Below, piece by piece: positions 50,400 to 63,541 of a DNA stretch of 64,000 nt. The DNA is from Marsupella aquatica. Its lineage: Eukaryota; Plantae; Marchantiophyta. The translations under genes were made by a program, and so were the position numbers. Position 1 is the stretch's first letter; every line of letters starts with the position of its first letter. A model generated the notes under the pieces. That model made no database searches, was not told where the DNA came from, and was given only the letters and a program-made list of their open reading frames with translations. Where the stretch lies: assembly GCA_973895155.1 (NCBI GenBank), contig OZ316893.1, positions 15,034,645 through 15,098,644 on the forward strand, read 5' to 3'.

Positions 50400-53094
50400 T
50401 AAGCAAATCTTTTAACTGGTCGTGAAACGTCGAAGTTATCGATTAATGTTAACGAAGTAACTTCGACTATTTCTCGGTCAAGCTTTAAGTAGTACCTCAT
50501 CTTCTTCATTCGTTGGAGATAAAGGTCCAACAACAAAATCTGCAACACGCATATATAGCAGAAGGAAATGATTTTCTACCAGTCAAAGTACTCGAGAACA
50601 AATTAGACCACTCGGAAAAAATTAATCTACTTTAGTAAGATCAAAATGTATCATAATTGAATTTACTGCCACATACCTTCTGTACATGCAATCTGTCCGA
50701 AGATCTGATAATATTTGCATTCTGCATACCAGAACTATCCGTATTCCTTAGATTCAAGGGCTGTAAACTCACAACAATCTTTGGCAGTGGTCGATATCAA
50801 GAAGTCCCCGAGGATCTTTGGGCAATCCTCTAGTGATGTGAAGGATGAAATAGTTTGCTTTTCAGAGAGCTGCAAAATTTCATTTCGATAATTGTGTTTC
50901 TGCCGGAATTTTCTCAGGTCCTCTGTGCCCTTCCCCTGTAGAACATATTTCATCTGTCCTTGAACTTTCAGGTAAACTTTCTTGATAGCTCAAAAGTATG
51001 TAGTGTGCCTGGACAGCACCTTTAACGTCATAATAATCCAGCTTTTGTACAAGGAGTAACTTATGGAGAATGTCACTCTTCAACAGCAAATCAGTTACAA
51101 GCTTCTGACAGGCTTGCACTCGTTCACCAGCTTGGGCAGACACAAATCCTTCCAAAACATCATCAAAGTGGACAATGGAAAGTTCGTCACTCCTGGATGC
51201 ACCAAAAATTTCTTCGCCATTTAAAATATGCGGAGGTTGTTCTGTGGGGTTTCAAAAAGAGCTCCAATTGCTTCGAGAATCCAATCGCTGGTACCAGACA
51301 AGAGGTCCAAGGGTTCGTACTTGTTTATTTGTTTAATCTGTTGGGTAGGTGGCGAGTGCAAGTAGCAGTAACACTTAAAAACTAAGACGGCAAAAGATTT
51401 AAATCAACATACTCAGACTAAACAAATCCTGGAGACCTCTTGTGCGTTACCGGCAATAGAGCGTATCATTTCGTTGGTAAAACTTCAGTGGTTGATGCGT
51501 AAAGCGAGATAACCTTTTTTTAATCTATCCCTCCTCTTCATGTAGCAGAAACCCACATTTAGACTGCGGTTCACTAAGCAAAGAAGATGCCGTGCCAGGA
51601 TAAGGGAGCCGTGCCGAGGAACCTTCAAAATCGATTCCAGCTGCACCGTGCAACCTTTCAGAATCTCGACCACTTCAAGAATTATTTTGGTCAAAACAGT
51701 AAACAGTTGAATCTATATTTCCAAATAATCCAATTCCTTGCTTTCATTTTTTAGTTAAACATTTTGCTCCGAGAGAACTGCCTACTGAAACCTCTAGGAT
51801 GGACCAAACGATGGGCCGAATTCAGAACATTCTGTGGTAAATGAACCCTGCGTTTAGATTTGATCTCCTGCACGTTTTGTTGTCTCCTTAACGAACACGT
51901 TCGTCCATTTGCAAAACTTCTTCCATGAAATTAAAGTCTTTGCCAGCAAGATTAGATGAAGATGTTTGTTTTATGCGTATGCATAATCCTGTAGGCAAAT
52001 CTCGGATAATCATGCGACCTGCGTGTCCTAGGCGCCGCAATTCATGAATTCTACTCAAGGAGAACTGAGAAGTTTCCAAAAGATCGAATTGGAAAACGTA
52101 GGTACAACTACTCGATCTTGAGCTCCACCAATATGGTGGCAAGGGAATCTTGCACAATGCCTGCATAAAAGCATAAATCAGCATTTTAGAAGATGATAAA
52201 TCCTTCTACAATAAATGCACTCGATTCCAAAGTATGCAACGTCGGATGAACATCAATATGGGAAGAACAACTGGATCTGTTACCTTCACTAACCTGCAGG
52301 AGTTGAAAAGCACGTGTGATCATAAATTAGCAGGCCGATGCCGGTCAAGGACTCCAGCGAACCACTCTCCACCCTCCACGAAGGACGCATGTGTCTCTAG
52401 TGCTTCTATGCAAGAACTCCCCATGTGTCTGCACATGGGGAGGGTGCAATTGAAACCTGATTTCGGGCTTAAATAAGAGCAGCAACAAAAGTGAATTTCA
52501 CGTTAAAACTCACGGTAGATGGGGAGACAAAGATTCATACCCAAGGATCCACATGCTCATCTCCAAATAGTGGGCGAAGCACTCTCGACCATAAAAATGG
52601 TTTAGCTCAGCAATGGTCGTGGCAGAGACCAAATCAGGCCACTCAGCCCAAACTTTCTGCTCCTCTCTGCTAGTGCCCATTCACATTTGATAGCACTGCC
52701 CACGCTTTTATCATTTGAAGAGACTTCCCAGTCTGCACCCCCGAAACGTTGCCATAATTGAACTCAAAACATCTGACAGTTCTGTTTCAAACAACAAGCA
52801 TTGGTTGTTTTACACCATAATAGAATCGGTTGAACAATTACCCAAAGAAGAGCCGGACCAGGTTAGCTATGCTTAATCGTAAGGCTACGACAAGAGCAAC
52901 CGATAGATAGAATGGAAAATGAATTTAAGGTCAAGTCACTTATGGCAGCAGCCTAAAAGAATGCGAACAGCAGAAAGGGCGAGATATAAAGACTACCAGC
53001 TCAGGATCATCACGGTACACCAAGAGTCCAGGACAATATTTGCAGCACCCTCGCCTCTGTAGTGCCAACTCTAAGCGTCCCATAATTCTTTCAT
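50400..53094 (-). pseudogene. IPK1: Inositol-pentakisphosphate 2-kinase pseudogene (intron-containing)
   Basis: IPK1 motifs occur in order: WHYRGEGAANIVL, VLRPLFGDEHVD, LLIYDH, YEPLDLLSG...ALFETPQNNLRIF, LLLVQKLDYYDVKGA, FLISTTAKDC and KKMRYYLKLDREIV. There is an in-frame TAG at 53071-53073 and frameshifts in at least three exons. Confidence 0.88.
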
Positions 53095-55504
53095 TAGGAA
53101 TATCTCCAATTAGCACCTTCATAGATACTCCGTAAGTCCGATCAAACCATCGACCATATACATGCCAACCAGTCTGGCTTCATCCCTGTCCAATTTTTCT
53201 GCATCGTGCAGAGCGATGGACAAATGCAGAACAGCTCAATGCAGGAAAGAAAAAGTATGCCAGTTTGCCATTCTGTGTTGAACTGATATGCCAGTCAATG
53301 CCTACGGGCTGCAAGGAAACAGCCTCAAAAGAATAGGGCATGTCAAAGTTGCTCCCTGACTTTGGTTATGGCTTAATTTTTTTAATGTACCATCATCATC
53401 ATAGGGTATGTATTTTGATAATTCATAACTATTATGTCCTGGTTGTAAGTGAGTTTTATGTCCTGAGTTGTAACTCAGGTATAAGTGTGCTTTGACACGC
53501 ACTAATGGTTTTCCCCTGCTACCCTGCCCATTCCAATCTAGGTGAAAGGGTTTTTGTGTGCCAGTGAGTTGGTGAACCTTGCTTTTGGAGAAGCTTGTGC
53601 AAAAGCTGGTCGCAGTACCATGATAGAGCAATGTCATTATATGGTCCAGTCTTAATCTTGGATGGAATAAAATGACTAGTTTGATTTACCCGTATTTGAA
53701 CTTAAAATAGAGTAGACAAAAACAAAGATGCTCTTGTTCATCCTTGCCTCCATCCCTCTTTTTCCTCACCCTCATTTCTATTTTGTCTTTATTGAGAGAC
53801 ATTCTTAGTTTTGTCCTTATTAGAGTCAATGTCAGTTTTGTTAATCTTTGCTCCCATCTCTTTTTTTGTCCACTTCACTTTTCAGTTTTGTCCTATTGAG
53901 AGTTACTTTCTAGAGGCTTCACTCTAGACAGTAACCCTTGAAAGTAGTTTTGCATTGTGCTTTATTAGTAAAATTTAACTCAGGACCTTGCTTGTTACAA
54001 TGACAAAGATAGGTACTACTAATTTCAAGCAAACTCTACACTTATATCAATCTACACACCTTAGATAGCATTTGAAAATGAGAAAACTTACGTCCTCATA
54101 TCTTCATTTTCTGTGCCCCGGGACCATAGTAATGAGCAACACTCAATGGCGGGACCTAATAGGCAGCAATAAATGAGTTTCCCAGGAGCTCTCATCCAGA
54201 GTCCCTCATCGCGCCATTCATGACTCGCTATCCACGTACATAGTGAGGCAAAAGGCATATGAGCATGTTACAAGTTCTGTGCCCTGAACTATCCCCATTT
54301 GACACACTAATGGAACCGGTAAACATGTCGCTCCATCCAGAGGTCTCCCAATTATCGAATCTTGTCCACTGGTCCCATCTGGCAAGGTCTGTTGGAGCTC
54401 CTCAATTTTGGCAGGCCATTCCTGACAGGTAAAAACTTTAGTGCAGTCCAGTCGGGATACAAAATTGTGAGTGGGTCAGCCGGTACCACTAAAATTATCT
54501 CCACCCAACCATTTGATTTTACCAGTGTTACATCAGCTGTCAAAGAGGTTAATATTTTTAATCACCACAAATCTTGGACAAGATATGAGCCCTTTGTTAC
54601 TTCAGGGCAACCTTCAAGTTTCTAACTGGGAGTGTATGGGCAGGAGTGCCATCCACTATTAATGCTTTTCATGCCCTCAAGGGCTCATGGAGTAGTGCGG
54701 TAACGAAGGATGGAGAAACTCTTGTTTTTGCACCAAATGAAGGCTTTACTTAGCAATCGAGGGTCAAGCAGGGTTCAAGGTGCGAAGTGGTAAGGGACTG
54801 CCTTGGGGCCAATATGGCATGCTAGATGCAATACTTCCAAGCAAGGGACAGGGGGCAAATTAGTCAAGGAAGAGTTAGAAAGCATTGCAGGTACATGCTA
54901 ACATTAGCGAGTATGGGTCTGTTTTTACTATGAGTTATGTATTGCTTAAAAATTTTGACCCAACTATTTGTTTGCACTACACTTAATTATTTTAACTGGC
55001 TGGATGCTGAGTTACTCTACTTACTGGTTTAAAGAGGTGAGCTTGTTTTGATGGCGTGGATTGAACCAGACAGTCCCAACTAATCCCCTTATCCTATCAA
55101 CACCACCTGAGTCCCATTGCTTCTGTGACAAGTAACTAGACGTGAGTACATTCAAGCCCCTTGCACCATTTTCAGACCCTCACCCTCACCCTGTCCCCAA
55201 TCCCGGTTTCCACCTGCACCCCCAATTTCAGTTATGCCCCCGGCCCAGAGTTTATCACAATTAGTACAGTTAGATAGCTACTGTAGTCCACTAGGCTTGT
55301 TTGTCCTCAATTCATACCGATGTAAGGCTTCCACATGCAATTGGAGCAACTTCACTAAAATGGGGGCAGCAAAAAGTAACCAACAGGCAACACACAAAAG
55401 CAGAAATCGACAACCGGGACACAAATGTAAGGTTAGATAGCTGGGAGCGGCCTCACCCAATATACTCATATAGGGTCTCTCTGTCGGCCCTTCTCCCTGG
55501 CTCC

Positions 55505-55900
55505 GCCTCTGTGGTCTGGTCTGGTCTGGTCTGGTCTGGTTTGTTTCCTGTCATCCACGCATGCCTTGCCTCTTTGCTTGCCTTGCCTCCTTGCTTGCCT
55601 TGCCTTGCTTCGCTGCCTTCCTTCCTTCCTCTCCTTGCTGGACATTGCTTGCATCCTTCCTCTCCTTTCCTCTCCTCTACTCTCCTCGCCTCTATCACCT
55701 TCTCCTCGCTTCCATCCTTCCTTCCTGCGCAAGGGAGGAGCGAAGAAGGAGCTTGGTGCCTGCCTTGCTTGATCATCATCCGCACCGAATTCCTCTCCAT
55801 CGCTCTCCAATTCTCTCCTCGCTTCTCCTGTGCCTCTCTCGCCCCTGTCCTTCGCCTCGTCTTTGTTTTCTTGGCTTGGCCTTCTTGCCTTGCTGGGATT
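55505..55900. repeat. Pyrimidine-rich simple repeats ((TCTGG)n, CCTTG, CTCCT) in the ELC 5' region
   Basis: Directly visible low-complexity runs. Confidence 0.8.
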
Positions 55901-56452
55901 ATTGTCAAGTTTGCTTTCTTGCGACTTTACGCGGCCGGAGTGCCGGACGGGACAATTCCTCGGTGGAGGATCGGAGCTGCGGCTGCATTACGCACAGGCC
56001 GATGTGACTGACAACACAGTTACCGCGTAGAAGTCCTTTTGAGCTGTTCGCACGAATTCCAACGTGTTGAGCAAGTACGGTGGTACTGGAAGGGGGATTT
56101 AATTTGGGAAGTTGGTGTGTGAGTGAGCTAAGGAGGGAGCGTGAAGAGGAGAATTGGGATTAATATGACGGCGGGGATGAAGGGATGGATGTGACGGGCA
56201 GGAGCAGAGGCGGAGGAGGGGGTTTTGGTGTTGAATGGTTATCCGTTGTTGTGGAGACGGCTGCGATGCAGTAGAAGCATGGAATTCGTTTTAGGTTTAC
56301 GTGAAGATGCTTGCTTGGAGAAAATCTGAAGCAATTCGTCAAGATTTGTTGTCTGGTGAGAAGAGGGATTTTCTTAGGTGCGGAGACGGAGAAGAACGGA
56401 TAGTGGTTTTAGGTTATTGAGAGAATTTGGAGAAGTGGGTTTGACGAAGGGG

Positions 56453-57787
56453 ATGGTCTCAAGGCAGGCGACGACAAGTATGCCGTCTATCAATGGTGCT
56501 CAATCCTCGCATGCGTCGGTACAATTCCTGAACTCGGTGCTATCACAGAGAGGTCCCAACGCACTGCCTTACGACGAAGCAGTGAAATGGCACATTCGGC
56601 AACATCTACTGACAGTGATTCAAGATTTTCCCGGGCTGCAGGTCAAGACTGCGAATTTTACTCACAACGACGGGAGGATGATCAACTTGCTGCAAGCTGA
56701 AGGCACCATTCCCATGTACTATCAAGATGTGAAGTATAACATCCCCATCACGATGTGGCTACTGGAGGCTTATCCTAGGAATTGCCCTCTTGTCTACGTG
56801 ACGCCGACGAGGGACATGATTATCAAACAGCGACATCCCTTCGTAGACGCTTCAGGTATGGTTAACATTCCGTATCTACAGCAGTGGGTCTTCCCGCGTT
56901 CGAATTTGGTGGAATTGGTGCAAAGTCTATCACTCCTGTTTGGACAGGATCCACCTCTATACTCCCGCGCAGCCACCATTCCTGTCAGGCCTCCACCACC
57001 GCTGCCCCCAACCCCTTCGTTTCATGGTTCGAATCCTATGCACGCCTCTGCCGGGTCGGCAGCATCAGCAGCTGCACAATCCACCCCGTCCTCACTAGGG
57101 TTTGGGGGCACTTCAGGTTACCAGATTCCTCCACAGAGAGGATCATACCCACCTTATGCCCACCAGAGCCCTGCTGCTCACCCTGGAAATCAGCAGCAAC
57201 AGCAGCAGCAGCCAACAGCCAGGGCCCAGAATCCAGTGGAAGTGTTTAAGAGGAATGCAATCAATTCTCTGTCAGAGCGTGTGGGCAGGGACACAGTTGC
57301 TCTCTTGAAGCAGAGAGAATTGGAGATGGATGGGTTATTCCACACGCAGGCTTTGCTGAACCAAAGAGCCGAGCAGGTTGATGAGGGTCGGAGAGAGATG
57401 CAGCAAGAGAGGGAAGGTTTGGAGCAGCAGTTGCAGCTTCTGCTCACAAACACTGACGTTATCGAAACCTGGCTTAAAAACAACGACAATTTCAACATGG
57501 AAGTTGAAATTGACGATGTCTTTGAGACCACCGATGGACTTTCTAAGCAGATGCTCGAGTGCACTTCTGGAGATCTTGCCATCGAGGACATTTTGTACTC
57601 TTTGGACAGGGCAGTTCGGGATGGAGCCATACCTTTCGACGCGTATCTTAAACATGTGAGAATCCTTTCCAGAGAGCAGTTCGTTTTGAGAGCTACCTGT
57701 GCTAAAGTACGCGCGGTGCAGATGCAGGCTCAGCTAGGGAACATGGCTGCTCGAGCTAGCCATGCTCCACATACCCCATATGTTTAG
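56453..57787 (+). CDS. ELC: ESCRT-I subunit ELC/VPS23/TSG101, intronless CDS, 444 aa
   Basis: UEV domain (FLNSVLSQRGPNALPY...FTHNDGR...GTIPM...YNIP...P), Pro/Gln-rich linker, coiled coil and steadiness box (DLAIEDILYSLDRA...YLKHVRILSREQF). Confidence 0.96.
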   Translation: MVSRQATTSMPSINGAQSSHASVQFLNSVLSQRGPNALPYDEAVKWHIRQHLLTVIQDFPGLQVKTANFTHNDGRMINLLQAEGTIPMYYQDVKYNIPITMWLLEAYPRNCPLVYVTPTRDMIIKQRHPFVDASGMVNIPYLQQWVFPRSNLVELVQSLSLLFGQDPPLYSRAATIPVRPPPPLPPTPSFHGSNPMHASAGSAASAAAQSTPSSLGFGGTSGYQIPPQRGSYPPYAHQSPAAHPGNQQQQQQQPTARAQNPVEVFKRNAINSLSERVGRDTVALLKQRELEMDGLFHTQALLNQRAEQVDEGRREMQQEREGLEQQLQLLLTNTDVIETWLKNNDNFNMEVEIDDVFETTDGLSKQMLECTSGDLAIEDILYSLDRAVRDGAIPFDAYLKHVRILSREQFVLRATCAKVRAVQMQAQLGNMAARASHAPHTPYV

Positions 57788-60261
57788 TAGCAGTCTGAAG
57801 CTGCTAGTCGATAGTATGGGCTCAGTTGACGGAGGGGTCACATTTAGATTCTTTTGGTGTCGTTACCTTGAGACTAAGTGGCAAGAAGCTGATAGTGCAC
57901 ACGAATTGACCTGGAAAACTTGTAAGATCTGGTCTTCAAGTTTGAGTGTGGAATGCTTGAAGCAACGATCGTTGGAGGATGAATCAGAGCAAGGTGAATT
58001 GGGTGACATTGAGACAAATGGGCAGGACCGCGGATGGATTCAAGACGAAGAATGTCTCAAGATGAAGTATTCGATGAAGTATTCGATGAAGTATTCGATG
58101 AATAATGACGGAAAGTTTTCGAGGGCTTTGAAATGCAGTTGAAATCCGACTTGACAACCCTCACAAGAAAACTTGTACCGGTCAAGCTTGGTTACCACCT
58201 CGGATTCGTTTTATTCGAAATGTGCTCGTACGTGTTCGCATTGGTCCAAAGCATGTGGCCTAGGGAGGGCTCACTTTTGCAACACTGTACAGAGTGCGGT
58301 GCTTTCTAACTTTTCATTTTGTCCGTGAGTAAAATGTCTTCCCAGTAAACTGCGACAATTTATTGGCGACCACTCCCTCAGTAGGGACATGCTTTGCAAT
58401 TTGTCCGGTTGTGTGAGCAGGACACTGTCCTTTGGGCTCAATATTCAAACGGCGGTTTTGCGTAGGTGGTGGTCAATTCCGCGATTGATCATTGGAAAAT
58501 GATCACGTTGACTTCATCAGTTATCCTCGAGAACTCGTTCTTAAAGAATGATGAGATCTTGGAAGCTCATTCTTACAGATGGGGGGACTAGTCAAGCTGA
58601 AGAGAATCTTGTTAGAATATGTTTTTTAGTAGAGGCTGTTGATCCGGCAGTGACATTTTGTCCTTGATTTCAAATGTGCTTACAGGAATGTTGTATATTA
58701 ATTGTACCATACTTGGATACACTCAATTGTGCAAAGATTTTGTTGGTGCACCTGTCTCGACCTATCTGCACCCACTGCAAAGGATGCAATCTTTGGTTGT
58801 CCCAGCAGAGAACCTTTACGAACTTATGTGTTGAATGACGTTTTTCAACAAACCTTGATTCCTGAATCGGCGTGGCCTGAAAGTGGAGCAAAGCTTGGTT
58901 TGCCAAACCATCTTAATACTCAAGTTCATTTCCTGCGACTCAATTCCACTGAATCGCTGCCTCAGTCTGATCTGATTGATATCGCATTCGTAATTTTGTG
59001 AGGTCTGCAATCAGCTCAACAACCCCATTCCTTTCCTGATTGTGGGCTGTTCTGTGCAACGTGACATTTGAGTCTTATTGATGCCTTTTCCTATACTACA
59101 GATGTCTCGTAACAGTGGGTTTCTCTTCACAGCTCTGCCGTTGAGTCCGGAAAGGTAGCACTATACTGCGGTACACTGTCTCGTGCATGTCTACTTGTCG
59201 TGCTTTTGTCCCTGAAGTAGGTTGACTGTGCTAAAGGTTTTTCGACATCCTGTCAGTAGACCGAGAAGATGTCTACTCAGAGCCCTTCGTATCTCCGGTT
59301 CGAAGGTGATGATGGGGCTACTCTATAGTATCAAGTTGCGCATTTGCTCCTCAGAGTATCGGGGTTCGAGTCATCAGGCAACTGGACCGTTCTGAATGAG
59401 TGTACTCTCTGCGCCTCGTTTGTGGTTGTGTATGAACTCTGCCACTCAGTGCCTCGTCGGAAATCATGACATTACGAAAGAAATTTGCTGGAATTGTGGT
59501 GTTTGGGACTACGCTCAACCTCGTCATAATGATATTCCTTTCAGGCCTTGAAATTATGGTTGCGCAGATTCATGTCAGCAAACATATGACTAAATTCATA
59601 TGACTTGAATTTGGCCTAATGGCACAGTGGAGCCACTCCCAATAAAACGATTCTAGTTGAAGGATTGAAGTACCATGCTGCTGTAAACCGTCATTTCAAT
59701 TTTGCAGCCCATTCGACCAATGGGCATTTGTCATTTAAGACCACACAGCAACTATCTCTCAAATGTTCGGGTCCGCTTACAACGCTGGAAATTTTGATTA
59801 TAAGATTCATGTAACTAGAAGATTACAGACTGTTGCAACTAAGATTCGATTTATACTTCGAAGAGTCGTCTTGACTTTCCTTCTAAAGCGATCGTCAAGA
59901 CCTCTTGAAGAGGTTTTTTAAGTGTAGGAACGAGCCGTAAACTGTGTATCTATCAATTAGGTTTTCGAATGGAACAATTTTCGAACAACGTCTATACATC
60001 AGAAGCAGGCAAAAATATTCATCTAGCGTTGTCTCTCGGACGACTGAACTTTTCCCCGACCATTCTCCAGGAAAAACGGAGCTGGGAAGTTGTGGACCGA
60101 TCCTCCTGGTGCGATAGCAACGGTAGCTGCCGACGAAATGCTATCCATAGGGATATAGGCCAATAAATAAGTTAGTAATCAATGAACTTCTTTTTGATGT
60201 GCTAAAGAAACTGAGCCGGGAGCGAAATCCTCTTCGGGGTCTATACTATCAGTCAGCTTCT

Positions 60262-60415
60262 TTAGAGTGGAATCTAGTTGTCTACCGTAATCCAATACTG
60301 CAAATTGAGAACTCTTGAGCAGATGTCGAGAAACTAGTAACTTTACAGAGTGGAATCGAGTTGTATGCCGTTATCCAATCACAGCAAGTTGAGAATTAGA
60401 GTAGATGTCGAGAAC
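60262..60415. repeat. Imperfect ~83-bp tandem duplication
   Basis: agagtggaatc..gttgt...ccgt.atccaat...gcaa.ttgagaa...agatgtcgagaa occurs twice. Confidence 0.7.
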
Positions 60416-60841
60416 GAGGAGCAAACTCTCGTCTCTATCCTCCAGCTCCTACAGGAAAGAGCTTCATTTGGATGGTAGACAGAAGCCTGTCTTGTCTGTT
60501 ACAATCACAAAGCCGATCGTAAATGAGAACAGTAACAAAACGATGACCATCCGATCCGAACTTGTCCGAGGCACAAACACGTCCATATTGTAACATGCCC
60601 CCTGCTCTTGCAAATAACAAGATACAAATCACAGAGGTAGGCGCAGACTTTAAGGACTTCTAAGCTTTGAGAAAGGAAAAGATCAAGAGTGACAGTCAAA
60701 TTTTTTGGCTCATTTTAGTAAAGTGAACGGTAGCGTGTGCCTCTATTGGATAGAACTATGAAGCTCTTGCAGTAGGCACTGTAGACGTGGGAAACGAGGT
60801 GCAAAGAGAATAACCGATGTTACTGGAAGATAAAAACATAC

Positions 60842-63541
60842 CTGACAAGCTGGAAGGGGTGGCAGCCCAAATCAGTGCTACATTTGGGGCAGACATTCTT
60901 CGTCTTTCCGTCTTTCAACCGCTTCCGTAAACAGGCGGAGCAGACTGGAATGCAGCCAATATGCACACAAGTAGACCAGGGCAAAACATGAGTAGAGTAC
61001 GTGAGAAATGTGAGAACACAATACTATGGGGTTGTCTCAAAAGCTTCCAGATAGAGTCCGTTATTTTTCCCTGACAAGAATTAAATTTCTTGTTTGAGAA
61101 ATAAATACCAGTCCCTCAAGTGATCTTCACTTGTTCCATTCTTGCTGGCGTCCCATGCTCTGAATGGCATTGGCCAAACATGAATGCACTATTTCCCTTC
61201 TCTCTCCCTAACTTGCGTTGGCGAGGAAGAACGAAAGCTCAACTACAGCTATTGTTTGCTTTGCGCTTGTTCAACAATGCACAGCTCTAGTACATCTAAT
61301 TTTAGGACTTCCAAAAATCGTTCCGTTTGTTAGCTATTTACTCATTCTGAATCTTTTGCCATAATATTGCGTCAGTAGACCCATTGCGTACTCTTCATCG
61401 TCTGCCATAGCATTCCACCCATAGATCTATCGCCTGTATTGCACGTGGGTTAGCGGGTGGATCACATGCTGCCCTCTTGTAAGGAAGGAAATTTAAGACA
61501 AGGTCATTCTGCCAAACCTACCTGTAAGACCCGAACCGAAATTAATAATCACCCGTTTCGGAACAGGATACCTTTGATATGATCATCAAAATTCAAAGTT
61601 CAAGTTTCTCATCAGCGTAACCTAGCTAAGCTTCATGTACCTTACAGACAACATGCGAACGAGACATGAAGTGGACGTGAAACACAAACTGGCGCTTTGC
61701 CTACTTTAGCACAACTCTCGTGAAACAACCGCGTGTCAGTTGGGTTGGACGAGCTAGCTACTGAACCAAGGTAGTCATTGATAGATTCTGATTCTGCTCT
61801 GATGCAGGGGAGCTTGGTATGCATGAACTGGACAAAGATAAAGATGCTCCTCGTGTACAAAGTGCTCCTCTGTGCAGGCACTGTGAGCTAACTACTGGAC
61901 CAAGGTAGTCATCGATAGAAATCTTCAGACTTAGACTTCGAATTATTATGTAGCCGAAGAAATCTAGAACAATGACTGACCCTTGTGTGTCTGCCCACAG
62001 AGTCACCGGTGAGCTCCCTTTCTGACCATTATACAAAGACGGATTAGGCCAATCCTTGCATGGGAGATTTAGGGCTCTGCGGTGCAAAATCTTGCACCGC
62101 ACGGACACCTGTGTGGTAATGTTGGTGGCTCACTGCAGGCAAGGAGCCGTAAAGCGTGACGAAATCGTGGTGACAGAGTGAGACGAATGAGCACTGAGCC
62201 ACACAGGCTCGATAACAAAGCAGAACTAAAGGCAAGTTAGAAAGAGAGCATTGAGCAGAACCTAGTATTTACGTTCTAAAATAATAATTATAACCCCAAA
62301 GCGTGGATATATAGCTGATAAATTTGATACCTGATCCTCATTTGAGTACCCATCTAGATCTCAATGTTTGACAGAAACGAGATATAGATATTTTCGGTAC
62401 GGTCCAGATCTTAGCCGAGGACTTAGTGAGGCACTAGCATCGTCAGACTGCCTACTCTAAATTTTACAGAGCCCATTCCTCACAGTCATCATGTTCTGCT
62501 TTGATCCCTGTCGGACCCACGATATCATGTCAGACACATTGATCATGGTTATGACTTTCTCTCCGTCATACATGCTTCAATTTATTTTGCAGCATGAATT
62601 TTGGTCGCAATGCAACCCAGAGGCTTCACGGATAGATCTAAGACCGTGCTACGTCCCTGACACAGTGGAATTTTTCGGTCATCTAGACGTGATAATGTGC
62701 TGTAGCGACAGATTCTGTGCTCCGTGGTACGCCCTGTTAACACTGTCCATCGACCGGGCATGGAATTCTACTCACCATTAAACATTGAACGGGTAACAAG
62801 ATTCTTTAATCGCTGATCTCCAACCTTGCTCGGTAACTAGGTGATATATTGTATACACAATGAAACCCTCGCTCAATGATTTCTCGAGCTGCAAACGAAA
62901 AAGCTGGCGTGTGAATGCGTTTAAATGGTGTCGAATTACTCCAGGACCTACCTAGACTACTTCTGCTCACCTATTTCAGCTGCTGGCCCAGAATGCGATT
63001 ACTAATGAATCGATGTGATCGTCCCATGTCTATTTCTGAAATTGGTTGGGTTCCGACATGTAGAAATTGAGCTACTTCGGTGACATCAATTCAACCCATA
63101 CTACTATTCACTTGAACAGTTGAATAATCTTACGAGCAGCGACTTGAGCTAAGGTGCAAGATTTTTCATTTGTCTGAGCTTCAATTTTAGAGATAATTGG
63201 AAGGAAACACCAAGATCTCAACAAAAGTCAGCAACAAGGGATAATAAGAGGGAATGCGTCGTATGTACGAAGGGCAAGATCGAAAATATACATGTGTGCA
63301 AGCATTCGACGATGGTGGAGGCGTCACTGCAGAGGCGGTCGCAGAGCGGGCAGCTCAGACAATCTACCAAAGAAGCCTTCAGCACCCGCCGGTGTACAAT
63401 CTGAGTAGACTCATCTTCGCTCTCTTCCTCGTTCCTAAAGCCAACCTTTGTCTTTCCGTCCCCAACCTCCCCTTCTCCTCCCCGTTCCCTTCCAAAGATT
63501 AGAAGTCCTCCATCGAAATTCGCGACTCTCCTGTCTCCCAT
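60842..63541 (-). CDS. DRIP/BMI1(PCGF)-like C3HC4 RING protein, first two exons (3' end uncertain)
   Basis: Exon 63541-63292 spliced (GT-AG, 2.35-kb intron) to exon 60944-60842 gives LSCPLC...DASTIVECLHTFCSACL...VCPKCSTDLGCHPFQLVR. A candidate third exon at 59004-58962 would end the protein at 131 aa. Confidence 0.8.

Noticed and set aside
52990-53094. Rescue of the IPK1 stop codon by RNA editing or readthrough
   Set aside because: Multiple independent frameshifts exist, and this is a nuclear locus.
55301-56030. 236-aa and other overlapping ORFs
   Set aside because: They arise from pyrimidine-rich simple repeats lacking stop codons in the ELC upstream/UTR region.
58062-58101. (atgaagtattcg)x3 and the 126-aa ORF containing it
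   Set aside because: A short tandem repeat in the ELC 3' region, with no coding evidence.
61752-61920. 35-bp imperfect direct repeat in the RING gene intron
   Set aside because: Only two copies, with no structure or TE ends; likely a local duplication.
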